Assembly (NCBI GenBank): GCA_963818475.1
Contig: CAWFSF010000003.1
Span: forward strand, 160,001-224,000
Direction: 5' to 3'
Source of the DNA: Nitrospirota bacterium
GTDB lineage: Bacteria > Nitrospirota > UBA9217
Length of the DNA stretch: 64,000 bases
Below, piece by piece: positions 33,620-43,567 of this stretch. The first letter of the stretch is position 1. Every line of letters begins with the position of its first letter. A model generated the notes under the pieces. The model was not told where the DNA came from and ran no database searches. It saw only the letters and a program-made list of their open reading frames with translations. The position numbers were made by a program, and so were the translations under genes.

Positions 33620-33871
33620 CGGCGTGTGTCTCCTTGCTGAGGAACGAGGTAGTCAGTAATGAGCTTTCCGAATGAGGGTACCGCATTTTGAGGCGCTTTT
33701 CAAGCGTCATTTTGTCGAAGGCGGAGCGGCATGGAACGAGTCTTTCAAATTGCCGTTGGTGTATGCCACTTTAAATAGGATCGTATATGACTGCTGGTAC
33801 TTTAGCCGCAGATAACTCCGCAATTCCCGCTCTCATAAGCGATAATGCTTCATGGGGAATTCCTCATTATT

Positions 33872-34044
33872 TAGTGCTCTTCGTATAAAAGTTAAGAAGA
33901 TCTTTTTTCAGGGGAAATGGGGGTGAACTCTCATTAATAAGGCGGCTACCCCTTTTCTCCCTACTTCCCCCTTTCTCCTGAAAGAGGTTATTGATCTTGG
34001 ATTTTTATTTTCTGAGCGCTCAACTTAAATACGAATGAACCATT
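33872..34044 (-). mobile_element. MITE-like element with imperfect TTCGTATWWAAGTT termini and a purine-rich inner palindrome
   Basis: Left TAGTGCTCTTCGTATAAAAGTT, right (rc) TAATGGTTCATTCGTATTTAAGTT; homologous to 28463-28611. Confidence 0.55.
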
Positions 34045-34063
34045 ATTTAAGTGCCCCCTTTCC

Positions 34064-34092
34064 TTGAAACTCCACGCAAAGCGCTTTATACT
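34064..34092 (+). promoter_or_regulatory. Sigma70 promoter of the usp gene
   Basis: TTGAAA-17-TATACT. Confidence 0.7.
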
Positions 34093-34139
34093 TTAGATCA
34101 GGGTATGGCATGGAGGGAGAGAGAGAAAAAGGAGGGCTT

Positions 34140-34589
34140 ATGATTTCAAGGATCCTTGTACCAATAGACGGTTCAAAAATGTCACATAAGGCTGCACAAT
34201 ACGCGGTCGGGCTCGCGAAGCAAACAGACGCATCGTTGACGCTGCTGAGCGTCATCGACAATCGCTTCGTCATCGAACAGGCGATTTCAGCTTTCGCATC
34301 GCCGACCCATTTAAAAGAGTCTGTTGAAGACTATCTGAAGCAGTCAGCGCAATCATCCACGGACGAGATAGAAAAGATATGTAAACGGAATCGCATTCGA
34401 TATAAAGCGGTCATGAGGACGGGTCATCCCGTGGAACAAATTATGAACGAGGCAAAAAAATCAAAAGTTGACCTGATCATTATGGGCTCCCATGGCAAAA
34501 GCGCCCTTAAGGCGGCCGTGCTCGGCAGCGTTACGTACGGCGTCATGCACAAGGATACGAAAATCCCGCTCCTCATCGTAAGGCGATGA
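34140..34589 (+). CDS. Universal stress protein
   Basis: ILVPIDGS, DLIIMGSHG, LGSVT; AGGAGG RBS. Confidence 0.92.
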   Translation: MISRILVPIDGSKMSHKAAQYAVGLAKQTDASLTLLSVIDNRFVIEQAISAFASPTHLKESVEDYLKQSAQSSTDEIEKICKRNRIRYKAVMRTGHPVEQIMNEAKKSKVDLIIMGSHGKSALKAAVLGSVTYGVMHKDTKIPLLIVRR

Positions 34590-34630
34590 CCTGTCTGCAC
34601 GGAAAGGTTCTTGTGATTTCATGGGAAGGT

Positions 34631-37600
34631 CTATTTCCCCGCCTCCACCAGTTCGCTGAATTGTTCAGCCGGCATCGGCCTGCTGAACAAGTATCCCTGG
34701 GCCCCATCGCATTCCGAATCGCGCAGGAACGCGAGCTGCTCTTCGGTCTCAACGCCCTCGGCAACCGTCCGTATGCCCATCTTGTGCGCCATTGAAGTAA
34801 CTGCGCCAATGATCGCGCGGTCATCGGAATCTGTGGCAATATCGTGAATAAATGACTGGTCTATCTTGATCCGCTCGATCGGCAGTTTCTTGAGATAATT
34901 GAGCGACGAGCAGCCGGTGCCGAAATTGTGTATCGAAATATGCACTCCCAGTTCTCGCAATTCCTGGAGCTGTGAAGCGCTCTGCCTGACATCGCTCATT
35001 GCCGTGCTTTCGGCCATATCCAGGTCGAGGCAGCCTGGCGGCAGTCCTGTTTCCGTCAGAATGGCAGACAGCATCTTCACGAGGCCGGGGCTCTGGAACC
35101 GGCGGGAGGAAACGTTGACGGTAACACAAAAACTCTCCAATCCCGCTTTCCTCCACGCAGCAGCCTGAGAGCAAACGGTCCTCAGCACCCATTCGTCGAT
35201 CGATGTTATGAACCCCGTCTCCTCGGCGAGCGGAATAAAGTCTCGGGGCTCAAGCAGACCCCTCTGCGGGTGGTTCCATCGGACCAGCGCCTCGGCATAG
35301 GAAATTTTATTCGATTTGATGTCGATCTGGGGCTGATAGAGGACCGCAAGCTCCCCGCGGCGTATCGTCTGGCGCAGCCATCGTTCCAGCTTCATCCGCT
35401 CAATGGTCTTCACGTTGATCGAGGGATCAGAGAACCGGAACGTATTCCTGCCGCTTTCCTTCGCGTGGTACATGGCGCTATCCGCATAGCGGATCAGCGT
35501 TTCAATATCGTTGCTGTCATCCGGATACATGCTGATCCCGACGCTCATCGTGACATGCAGCTCATGACTGTTGATGATGATAGGCTCCCTGAGAGCATCG
35601 ACGATCTTGACCGCGATGTCGCTCACGTCTTCAATACGGCCGATATCCGCGAGGATCATGTTGAATTCGTCCCCGCCGATCCGGGCGACGGTGTCCGATT
35701 CACGGGTGGCCTTCCTGAACCGCTCCGCGACCGCTTTGAGCAGACGGTCCCCGGCATCGTGGCCGAGCGTATCGTTGATCTCCTTGAAGTGATCGAGGTC
35801 GAGAAACAGGACCGCAAGTTTCGTTCTGTGGCGCCGGGCCTCTGCCAGCTCGACCTGCAGGATGTCGATGAACAGTCGCCGGTTCGGAAGCCCGGTCAGG
35901 GCGTCGTGCTGCGCCATATGCCGGATCTCTTCTTCCATCCGCATCCGGTCGGTAATGTCCGTATTGGTGCCGAACCAGCGGACGATTTTTCCCTCGGCGT
36001 TGCGAATGGGTATTGCCCTCGAGAGAAACCATTGATACTCGCCCTCCTTGCTCCGCAGCGGGAAGGTATCCTCCCAGAATTCTCCCGTTTCAAAGCAGTG
36101 GCTGATCTTTTTCACGACCCGGTTTACGTGATCGGGGTGATGGACCTTCTGCCACCCCCACCCTTGCATTTCCTCCAGGGTCGTTCCCGTGTAGTCGAAC
36201 CAGCGTTTGTTGTACCAGAATATTCCCCCGTTCTCGTCGGTCATCCAGGCGAGCTGAGCGATGTTGTCGGCCAGGGTGCGGAAGCGCTCCTCGCTTTCGA
36301 GAAGGGCGGCCTCGGCCCGTTTTCGTTCCGAAATATCCTTGAACGAGACCACGGTGCCGACGATGGCGTCTCCCTCACGAATGGGTGTCGTCACATACTC
36401 CACCGGGAAGCTCGTTCCGTCCTTTTTCCAGAATACTTCACCGTCAACGTGTCGCGAGTTTCCGTCCCATCTGGTTTGATATATCCGACACTCACTTTCA
36501 GGGAACGGACTTCCATCCGCTTTGGTATGATGCCAAATGGAGTGACTGTGTTTCCCCATCAGCTTTTCGGATGAATACCCGAGAATGTGTGCCGCTGCGC
36601 TGTTCAAAAAAATGTGATTTCCTTCTGCGTTCATTCCGATGATTCCGTCGCCGGCCGATTCAAGGATCAGTTCGTTTTGGCGGTTTATTCTTATAAGTTC
36701 TTCCTCGACCTTTTTTCGTTCGCTGATGTCCTGCGCAAATGCCCAGTTATACTCACGGCCGCCGAATGCTATATAATTGCTGGTGATCTCGACGGGGATC
36801 ACGCTCCCGTCTTTTTTTGTGTGCAGGGTCTCGAAATGCAAACGATTTCCTTCTTTGAGCTCCACCCATCCGGCATTCCATGACGAAGCCCGGACATTCG
36901 GGTCCAGATCGAAGATCTTCATGGCCAGCAGTTCCTCGCGCGAATACCCGAGGACGCGGCATGCCTGCTCGTTAACATAGAGAATCCGCGCTGTCCGGTC
37001 TACCAGAAATACCGATATCGAAGCGTGGTCGACCGAGAACTGCGTTAATTTTAATTCTTCTTCGGCCAGGCGCGCCTCGGTTACATCCTGCGTGGTTCCT
37101 CTCATCCCGACCACGGCGCCGGCGCTGTTGTATTGAAAGAGCGATCGGGAATGCAGGATCCGAATATCTCCGTCCTTCCTGATAATCCGGAACTCGTTCA
37201 CGGAAGTCTCTTTCTGCATATTTTCCGCTTCTGCAATCGATTTTTCCAGACCGGGCCTGTCCTCGGGGTGCACCCTCGCCATAATGACTTCAAATGCTCC
37301 TTTGGATTTTCCGCGCGGTATATTGAAGATGCGGTAGACTTCATCGGACAATGTCAGCTTGTTTGTCTGGGCGTCCCATTCCCAATTGCCGATTCCGGCT
37401 ATGCGCTGGGCCTCTTCGAGCAGGGTCTTTCCTTTTTGGACTTCCTGTTCATTTTTTTTGCGATCGGTTATGTCGTCCGCAATACCGCTCAAACGGACGA
37501 CCCGGCCCTTTGCGTCCCGCACTATCGTGCCCCGGTCGCGTATCCATCGTACGCCGCCGTCCTGCCTCACAATGCGGTATTCCATGTCAAAGCCTGCAAC

Positions 37601-39508
37601 TTTCCCTGCTGCCCAGTCGTTAAAGACCTGATCCACGCGGTCCCGGTCTTCGGGATGAATAGCCTGTACCCAGAGCCGCGGATTGCGATAGAGGTCTTCG
37701 GCCCGGTGCCCCCAGATCCTCTCATACGCCGGGCTGACATACAGCACCCGCTCGGGCGCGACGGTGGTGAACCAGAATACCTGGTCTGTATTCTCTGCGA
37801 GCTGCCGGAAACGTTCTTCGCTTTCCTGCAATTTTTGCTCGGCCTGTTTCCGGTCGGTTATCTCGCGGACAATGGCGAGCAGCCGGGTTTCCCCTCCTAT
37901 GACCGCGCGCTTGAGATTCACCTCGACCCAGAATAATTCCCCGCTTTTTCTCCTGCTCAGCCATTCGAAAAGCTGGGGAGGACCTTCGGCAGCGCGCCGG
38001 ATCCATTTCAGCGCATCCTGAACGGTATAGCCCGGCGCTCCGCTAAAGAGGGATTCGGAAAGAAAATTCCGGAATTCTTCCTGCGGATAGCCGAACATTT
38101 CGAATGTCTTCCGGTTGGAGGAAATAACATCACCCGTATCTATGTCGTGAACAAAGATCGCATCATTGACGGACTCGAAGATCTCGCGGTAATTTGTTTC
38201 GGACGTGCGCAAAGCCTCCTCGGCCCTCCTGCGCGCGGTGATATCGCTGAACGTAACGACGGAGCCGAGTATCCGGCCGTCCGCTACAATTGGCGTACTG
38301 GTATATTCAACAGGAAATCTCGCACCATCCCTTCTGCAGAAACATTCGTCTTCAACATGCCTCGCTTTTCCTTCCTCGAACGGCGCATACGTCTTGCACT
38401 CCTTCTCGGGATAGCAGGTGCCGTCGGCCCACTTAACATAGGGCATGCATGAGGAGCTGTGCCTGCCGATGCATTCTTCGGGAGTGAAACCGAGCATGGC
38501 GGCAGCGGCTTTATTCATGAAAATAAAATTGCCCAGTCTGTCGAGCCCGAAGATCCCTTCGCCCGCAGCCTCGAGGATCAGTTGATGAAGATGGCTGAGC
38601 TGTTTCAGCCGCTCCTCGGCCTCCTTGCGCGCGGTAATGTCCCGCACGGTCGCCAGTATCCGCTGCTGCCCCCCGACGTCGGCCCGCTTGAGATTGATCT
38701 CGACCCAGAACAATTCACCTTTTTTATTTTTTGCCAGCCATTCGAACACCTGCGGCGGGCCTTCGGCCGCGCGGCGGATCCATTGCATGGCCTCCTTCCG
38801 GCCATAGCCTCGGGTTCCCGCACTTATGGCTTCCGGATCGATCCCGACCACTTCGTCAACCGAGTATCCATACATCTCCGCTGTTTTTGGATTGACTTCG
38901 AGGACCGCCCCGGTTTTTATATCATGTATGAAAATAGCATCATTCGCAGCATCGAATATGGACCGGTAGTTCTCGGCCGATCTCTTAAGCGCCTGTTCGG
39001 CGTTTTTTCGTTCGAGTTCTGCGGCCGCTCTGGCCCCGAAGATCTGAAGAAACACCGTTATTTCTTCCTGTCGGTCCGCCGGTATCGCCTTCGTCCCGAG
39101 CGCCGCGATCAAGCCCAGAGGCCGTCCTGTTGATGAAAAAAGCGGAATCCCCATATAGCTCTCTGCGCCGAAGTGCGAGAGGACCGCATCCTTCGGAAAG
39201 AGCCTCTGGACGTCCCGCGGGTAAATGCACAATTGCTTGCCCGCTACAAAATTGCAGGGGGTATTCTCCAGGTCGTACTCAATATTTTCGATGAAGCGGT
39301 CTTGCGCATAGAGCGCCGTGGTCCTTATTCTCTTCCCTTCGGTCAGTTCGCCCACAAACGCATAGTCGAGGCAAAGATCCATGTCCCGGACGATGATTTC
39401 CGCAATCGATCGGAGATAGTGATCTCCCATCAATTCGAATATTTTTTTTGCCGCCAGACGGGGAAGGCGGACCGTTTCGGCTGGCTTCTGTTTTACGTTT
39501 TTATGCAT
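34631..39508 (-). CDS. GAF - 8 PAS - GGDEF - (degenerate) EAL protein
   Basis: RESD..GGDEF intact; EAL present but DDFGTG reads HNFGTG and LEITE reads LDMAE. Confidence 0.9.
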   Translation of the reverse strand: MHKNVKQKPAETVRLPRLAAKKIFELMGDHYLRSIAEIIVRDMDLCLDYAFVGELTEGKRIRTTALYAQDRFIENIEYDLENTPCNFVAGKQLCIYPRDVQRLFPKDAVLSHFGAESYMGIPLFSSTGRPLGLIAALGTKAIPADRQEEITVFLQIFGARAAAELERKNAEQALKRSAENYRSIFDAANDAIFIHDIKTGAVLEVNPKTAEMYGYSVDEVVGIDPEAISAGTRGYGRKEAMQWIRRAAEGPPQVFEWLAKNKKGELFWVEINLKRADVGGQQRILATVRDITARKEAEERLKQLSHLHQLILEAAGEGIFGLDRLGNFIFMNKAAAAMLGFTPEECIGRHSSSCMPYVKWADGTCYPEKECKTYAPFEEGKARHVEDECFCRRDGARFPVEYTSTPIVADGRILGSVVTFSDITARRRAEEALRTSETNYREIFESVNDAIFVHDIDTGDVISSNRKTFEMFGYPQEEFRNFLSESLFSGAPGYTVQDALKWIRRAAEGPPQLFEWLSRRKSGELFWVEVNLKRAVIGGETRLLAIVREITDRKQAEQKLQESEERFRQLAENTDQVFWFTTVAPERVLYVSPAYERIWGHRAEDLYRNPRLWVQAIHPEDRDRVDQVFNDWAAGKVAGFDMEYRIVRQDGGVRWIRDRGTIVRDAKGRVVRLSGIADDITDRKKNEQEVQKGKTLLEEAQRIAGIGNWEWDAQTNKLTLSDEVYRIFNIPRGKSKGAFEVIMARVHPEDRPGLEKSIAEAENMQKETSVNEFRIIRKDGDIRILHSRSLFQYNSAGAVVGMRGTTQDVTEARLAEEELKLTQFSVDHASISVFLVDRTARILYVNEQACRVLGYSREELLAMKIFDLDPNVRASSWNAGWVELKEGNRLHFETLHTKKDGSVIPVEITSNYIAFGGREYNWAFAQDISERKKVEEELIRINRQNELILESAGDGIIGMNAEGNHIFLNSAAAHILGYSSEKLMGKHSHSIWHHTKADGSPFPESECRIYQTRWDGNSRHVDGEVFWKKDGTSFPVEYVTTPIREGDAIVGTVVSFKDISERKRAEAALLESEERFRTLADNIAQLAWMTDENGGIFWYNKRWFDYTGTTLEEMQGWGWQKVHHPDHVNRVVKKISHCFETGEFWEDTFPLRSKEGEYQWFLSRAIPIRNAEGKIVRWFGTNTDITDRMRMEEEIRHMAQHDALTGLPNRRLFIDILQVELAEARRHRTKLAVLFLDLDHFKEINDTLGHDAGDRLLKAVAERFRKATRESDTVARIGGDEFNMILADIGRIEDVSDIAVKIVDALREPIIINSHELHVTMSVGISMYPDDSNDIETLIRYADSAMYHAKESGRNTFRFSDPSINVKTIERMKLERWLRQTIRRGELAVLYQPQIDIKSNKISYAEALVRWNHPQRGLLEPRDFIPLAEETGFITSIDEWVLRTVCSQAAAWRKAGLESFCVTVNVSSRRFQSPGLVKMLSAILTETGLPPGCLDLDMAESTAMSDVRQSASQLQELRELGVHISIHNFGTGCSSLNYLKKLPIERIKIDQSFIHDIATDSDDRAIIGAVTSMAHKMGIRTVAEGVETEEQLAFLRDSECDGAQGYLFSRPMPAEQFSELVEAGK

Positions 39509-39779
39509 TTTTTCCGCTTAACCTTCGCAATTCACCCCTGCCAAAAAGAGATTGTCGGTTCAACTCTTTTTTGTCATCTTCGTATTCATCTATTCGGGTC
39601 ACGAAAAAATAAAGATAGAGAAAGCATACTTTCTTATCATACAGGCACATTAACTAATTCAACTATATCTCAGGATTTGAATCGGTGAGGGGGGTGGTGT
39701 CAAGAGTATCTTCTGAATATTTTATTGCATGGTATTTCAGAATATTCTGCGTCACAAGCCGGAGCTAAATGAAAGAATC

Positions 39780-39825
39780 AACTCACCCTTCTGTCCAAAC
39801 TCCGGCACTGGATCGCTTCAGAGAT
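39780..39825 (-). repeat. Duplicate of the comM 3' end (att-like direct repeat)
   Basis: 45/46 identical to 41989-42034. Confidence 0.9.
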
Positions 39826-39869
39826 TCTGAGCCGCTTTTCACGCATCATTTTGACAGGCAGGTTGATAC

Positions 39870-40388
39870 TTAATCGGGTGCTGTTTGCTCATTCTGGAAG
39901 GACAGGTATCCGCAGCAGAAGACCGAAGCGATGATGATTACAAGACCGAGGAGGTAGGCCAGGGTTCCCACTGCCTGGTCATGACGCAAAAGGCCAAGGC
40001 CCGAGAGTATATAGTTCCAGTCGTGGATCGAGTCCTCACCGCCGCCCACCGAGACCAGAGGCAGGGCCATGGCCTGGGCGTCCTTGATGTACACCGATAT
40101 GTTGAACAGGTTCTGGCCGACCCAGAAAAGCGTGACCGCTGCGGAATAGAGCTCGCGGCGCAGGAAGAAGTAGACCGTGAACGCTGTCGGCACGAACAAC
40201 TGCCCGAGGGTGCCGCCCGTAACCATCAGGCGTTCGCCGAACCAGCTGAGGAGCAAATGCCCTGCCTCGTGGGCCGCCAGGTCGACACGGTCGAGAAAAC
40301 GGTATTCGGATACGTCGTGGGCAAGCATTATACCGTAGACCGCTAGCAGCACGGCACCGGAGGCTTTCATGTAGTTTGTTTTTTTCAT
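39870..40388 (-). CDS. Membrane protein with HExGH motif (putative M50-like metalloprotease)
   Basis: HEAGH, GGTLGQL, HDWNY, several TM segments. Confidence 0.75.
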   Translation of the reverse strand: MKKTNYMKASGAVLLAVYGIMLAHDVSEYRFLDRVDLAAHEAGHLLLSWFGERLMVTGGTLGQLFVPTAFTVYFFLRRELYSAAVTLFWVGQNLFNISVYIKDAQAMALPLVSVGGGEDSIHDWNYILSGLGLLRHDQAVGTLAYLLGLVIIIASVFCCGYLSFQNEQTAPD

Positions 40389-40435
40389 ACTTTCGAAAGG
40401 TCTCTGATGGATTCGCGGCTTATTCCTATTTGCTG

Positions 40436-40571
40436 TTACGTCAAACCTTTTTCTCGCACTGCGTGGCAATCTTTATAGCCACTTTAAGCGTCCGTTGTTT
40501 TTTCTGAAGACAGGGTCTTTTAAGTCCTCGCGTAATCTACCGCGGAAAGTTCTTACTTTTTCCTTCGTCAT
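40436..40571 (-). pseudogene. Remnant of a HigA-like HTH antitoxin N-terminus
   Basis: MTKEKVRTFRGRLREDLKDPVFRK / QRTLKVAIKIA..CEKK broken by frameshift and truncated. Confidence 0.5.
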
Positions 40572-40674
40572 ATGCCACTTCTGCGGCGTTCTATTTGAAT
40601 AGCTTCCTCAAGCTTTCTTCTTCTTTCTTCTCTTCGACAAAGTAACATTCGGCCTGCTCGTCACTGGGGCGTTT

Positions 40675-41079
40675 TTACTTCTTGATATAGTAGCCCTTTA
40701 TCCTCTCCCGGTCCTCACTCGCCTTATCTCCCTTATAATAAATCTCAAGGAACTCTATCCCGTCCTCCTCCTCGTGATACGCATAAATGACCCGTATCCC
40801 CGACTGCGCGCCTTTACCTTTCAGCGCCTTGCAGGCAAATTTCTTGGCCTTGTAAATTTTCGGGGAGCGAATGCCGAGATCGGATATATGAAAGATCGCG
40901 TTGCTGTCGACCTTCTTCTTGTGAAACGCGTTCATCGCGACCTTGATGAACATTCGCAGGTCTTCTTCGAGGGAGGAGAACCTCTTCAGAAGCTTCTTCA
41001 GGTCCTTTTCGAATTCCGGGACCTGAGCAATTTGCTTAAACAGCGTCCCTGCGAATTCACCGTAGAACTCTTTCCCCAT
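40675..41079 (-). CDS. RelE/HigB-like toxin
   Basis: PEFEKDLKKL, KGKGAQSGIRVIY, IYYKGD; overlaps the antitoxin stop. Confidence 0.75.
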   Translation of the reverse strand: MGKEFYGEFAGTLFKQIAQVPEFEKDLKKLLKRFSSLEEDLRMFIKVAMNAFHKKKVDSNAIFHISDLGIRSPKIYKAKKFACKALKGKGAQSGIRVIYAYHEEEDGIEFLEIYYKGDKASEDRERIKGYYIKK

Positions 41080-41873
41080 CAGCTCTCTTCCGCATATGCC
41101 CGCACGGAATAGGGCGGTGTTCGGTAAAAGACGGATTCGTACTCGATGGCGTCACCGTCGCTGGTCGTGACCCAAGGCACGTCGCCATGAGAGTACGCGC
41201 TGATCTGGCTTGCGTTCATATCGGATAGTCGGTTCAGGACGTCGTCAATCACCTCGAGCTCGGTCCCGGTGAGTTTCACCAGGTCAGGCTTCCGGCGGGG
41301 CAGATATTTGGTCTGCTGCAACTTGAAGTACTCGCTCTTGACCTTTTCGAGCTCCCCATCTTTGATCATTTTCTCGACGATCTTGACGAACTCCACCGGC
41401 GTCGGTCCGAATTTGTTCTTGATGTACGTAGCGCCGACCAGCTGTTCCTCATATTTTTCATAGAAATCGAAGTCGATAAAATAGAGAAGCTTGTAAATGA
41501 CCGTCTCGCCGATGTTCTCTTTGGCGCCTACCTTATTCAGGATGTACAACAGCACTTCCTTAAATTTTTGAAGGTTCTTCTGCGGCACACTGATCCGCAT
41601 TTGCGGCTTGGAAGCTTTTTCTTCCTTCCCCCCTTTCCCCTCTTGCAGGTGGACATCGGGCTGTGTTCCGGGATTCAACAAGTCGTCCAAGGACACGCGG
41701 AAGATCTGAGAGAACTTAACAAGCTCGTCGGCCGCGGTTTTCCGTGCGCCACTTTCTATTTGCGAGATGGCGGGGCGCGGCAATTTCATAGCCTGCGCCA
41801 GCGCGTCCTGGCTCATCCCGGCCTTTTCCCGCAGCTCTTTTATTCTGTGCCCTATTTTTACGTAAATGCTCAT
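41079..41873 (-). CDS. XRE-HTH + DUF4065 (Panacea/SocA-like) antitoxin
   Basis: HTH (MSQDALA..ISQIESG); KLLYFIDF, GPTP, YSHGDVPW motifs. Confidence 0.82.
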   Translation of the reverse strand: MSIYVKIGHRIKELREKAGMSQDALAQAMKLPRPAISQIESGARKTAADELVKFSQIFRVSLDDLLNPGTQPDVHLQEGKGGKEEKASKPQMRISVPQKNLQKFKEVLLYILNKVGAKENIGETVIYKLLYFIDFDFYEKYEEQLVGATYIKNKFGPTPVEFVKIVEKMIKDGELEKVKSEYFKLQQTKYLPRRKPDLVKLTGTELEVIDDVLNRLSDMNASQISAYSHGDVPWVTTSDGDAIEYESVFYRTPPYSVRAYAEES

Positions 41874-41884
41874 GAAGTGTCCCC

Positions 41885-41921
41885 TTGACACCATGTTACC
41901 ACAGGTTCGATTATCTGTCAA
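41885..41921 (-). promoter_or_regulatory. TA promoter overlapping a TTGACA...TGTCAA inverted operator
   Basis: Minus strand TTGACA-17-TAACAT; inverted hexamers at 41885-41890 and 41916-41921. Confidence 0.6.
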
Positions 41922-41986
41922 TGAATTGTTTGATTATCTTACGAAAGGTTGGCGAGAAGGAGGGGCTTTTTCAGTAGAGGCTGTTC

Positions 41987-43520
41987 TTAACTCACCCTTC
42001 TGTCCAAACTCCGGTACTGGATCGCTTCAGAGATATGCTCGGTCGCGATCTTCTCAGCTGCCATCGATATCAGCGATCGTCCTCGCCACTTTCAGGATGC
42101 GGTTGTACGCACGGGCCGAAAGGCCGAGCCGGTTCATGGCAGACTCCATGAGGGTCGTGCAGGACTCATCGATCTTGCAGTACTTGCGGATATGGCGCGG
42201 CTTCATCTGCGCGTTGGCGTAGATGCCGTCGCCGGAGAACCTCCCCTGCTGGATCGTGCGGGCGCGGGTCACGCGGTCGCGGATCGATGATGACGGTTCG
42301 CCCAGGGTGTCGGAGGCGATCTCGTTGAACTTGATGGCGGGCACTTCGATATGGATGTCGATGCGGTCCATGAGCGGGCCGGACACTTTGGAGCGGTAGG
42401 TCTGGATCTGGTGCGGCGTGCAAAGGCACTGGTGGAAGGGGTCGCCGTGGAACCCGCACTTGCAGGGGTTCATGGCTGCCACAAGCATCATCGACGCCGG
42501 GTAGGTAAGCGACGTGATCGCGCGCGAGATCGTGACCTGGCCGTCCTCAAGCGGCTGGCGGAGCGCTTCGAGTACATTGCGCTTGAACTCGGGCAGTTCG
42601 TCGAGAAACAGCACTCCGTTATGCGACAGGCTCACCTCGCCGGGCTTCGGCACTTGCCCGCCGCCGATGAGCCCGGCATCGGATATGGTGTGGTGCGGCG
42701 AACGATAGGGACGGGTCGCAATGAGCGGCTGGCCGTGCTTCAAGAGCCCCATGATACTGTGGATCTTCGTGGTCTCGATGGATTCGTCAAAGCTCATCTG
42801 CGGCAGCACTGACGGCAAGCGGCGGGCGAGCATGGTCTTGCCCGAGCCCGGAGGCCCGATCATGATGATATTATGGCTGCCTGCTGCGGCGATCTCGATG
42901 GCTCGCTTGGCATGCTCCTGGCCTTTGACCTCGAGGAAGTCCTCCTGGTATGCAGAGTAGGCCTCGAAGGCGTTCCTCACATCCATGGCGATCGGCTCAA
43001 CCGCCTGCCTGCCCAGAAGAAACTCCACCACCTGCGGCAGCGTCTGCATGCCGAAGATCTTGACGGACTCGACTACGGCCGCTTCCTGGGCATTATCAGC
43101 GGGGATGATCATGCCGCGGTACCCTGCTTTTTTGGCGAGCACTGCCATGGAGAGTGCGCCCCGCACCGGCTTGACCCTTCCGTCCAGCGCAAGTTCTCCC
43201 ACGATGAGGTAGCCCGAAGCCTGCTCCTGCGTCAAAACGCCCTCGGCGATCAGCATGCCGATAGCGATAGGCAGGTCAAAGGCGGAGCCTTCTTTTTTTA
43301 TGTCAGCAGGCGCCAGGTTGACAATGACCTGTTTGAGCGGAAAGTCGAAGCCCGTGTTCTTGAGCGCCGCGCGCACGCGCTCCTTGCTCTCTTTGACTGC
43401 GGCATCGGGAAGGCCGACGGTTGAGAAGAAGGGAAGCCCCCGGGCCGCGATGTCGACCTCAACTTCGACAGGATAGGCGTCAATGCCGAGTACTGCCGAG
43501 CTGATGACCTTCGAGAGCAT
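41987..43520 (-). CDS. comM: YifB/ComM Mg-chelatase-like AAA+ ATPase (1-nt frameshift near 42055)
   Basis: VGLPDAAVKES.ER, GPPGSGKT, LFLDELPEF; true end ISEAIQYRSLDRRVS* in the shifted frame. Confidence 0.93.
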
Positions 43521-43535
43521 AGGGCTCCTTTTTCA

Positions 43536-43567
43536 ATTGCGGATTGCGGAATGCGGATTGCGGAATG
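43536..43567. repeat. 7-mer tandem repeat (TGCGGAW)4
   Basis: TTGCGGATTGCGGAATGCGGATTGCGGAATG. Confidence 0.75.

Noticed and set aside
33731-33747. Sigma54 promoter-like TGGAACGAGTCTTTCA
   Set aside because: The invariant -12 GC is missing.
42040-42070. TGA read-through (selenocysteine) or a true truncation in comM
   Set aside because: The conserved C-terminus continues in another frame, so this is a 1-nt indel rather than an in-frame stop.
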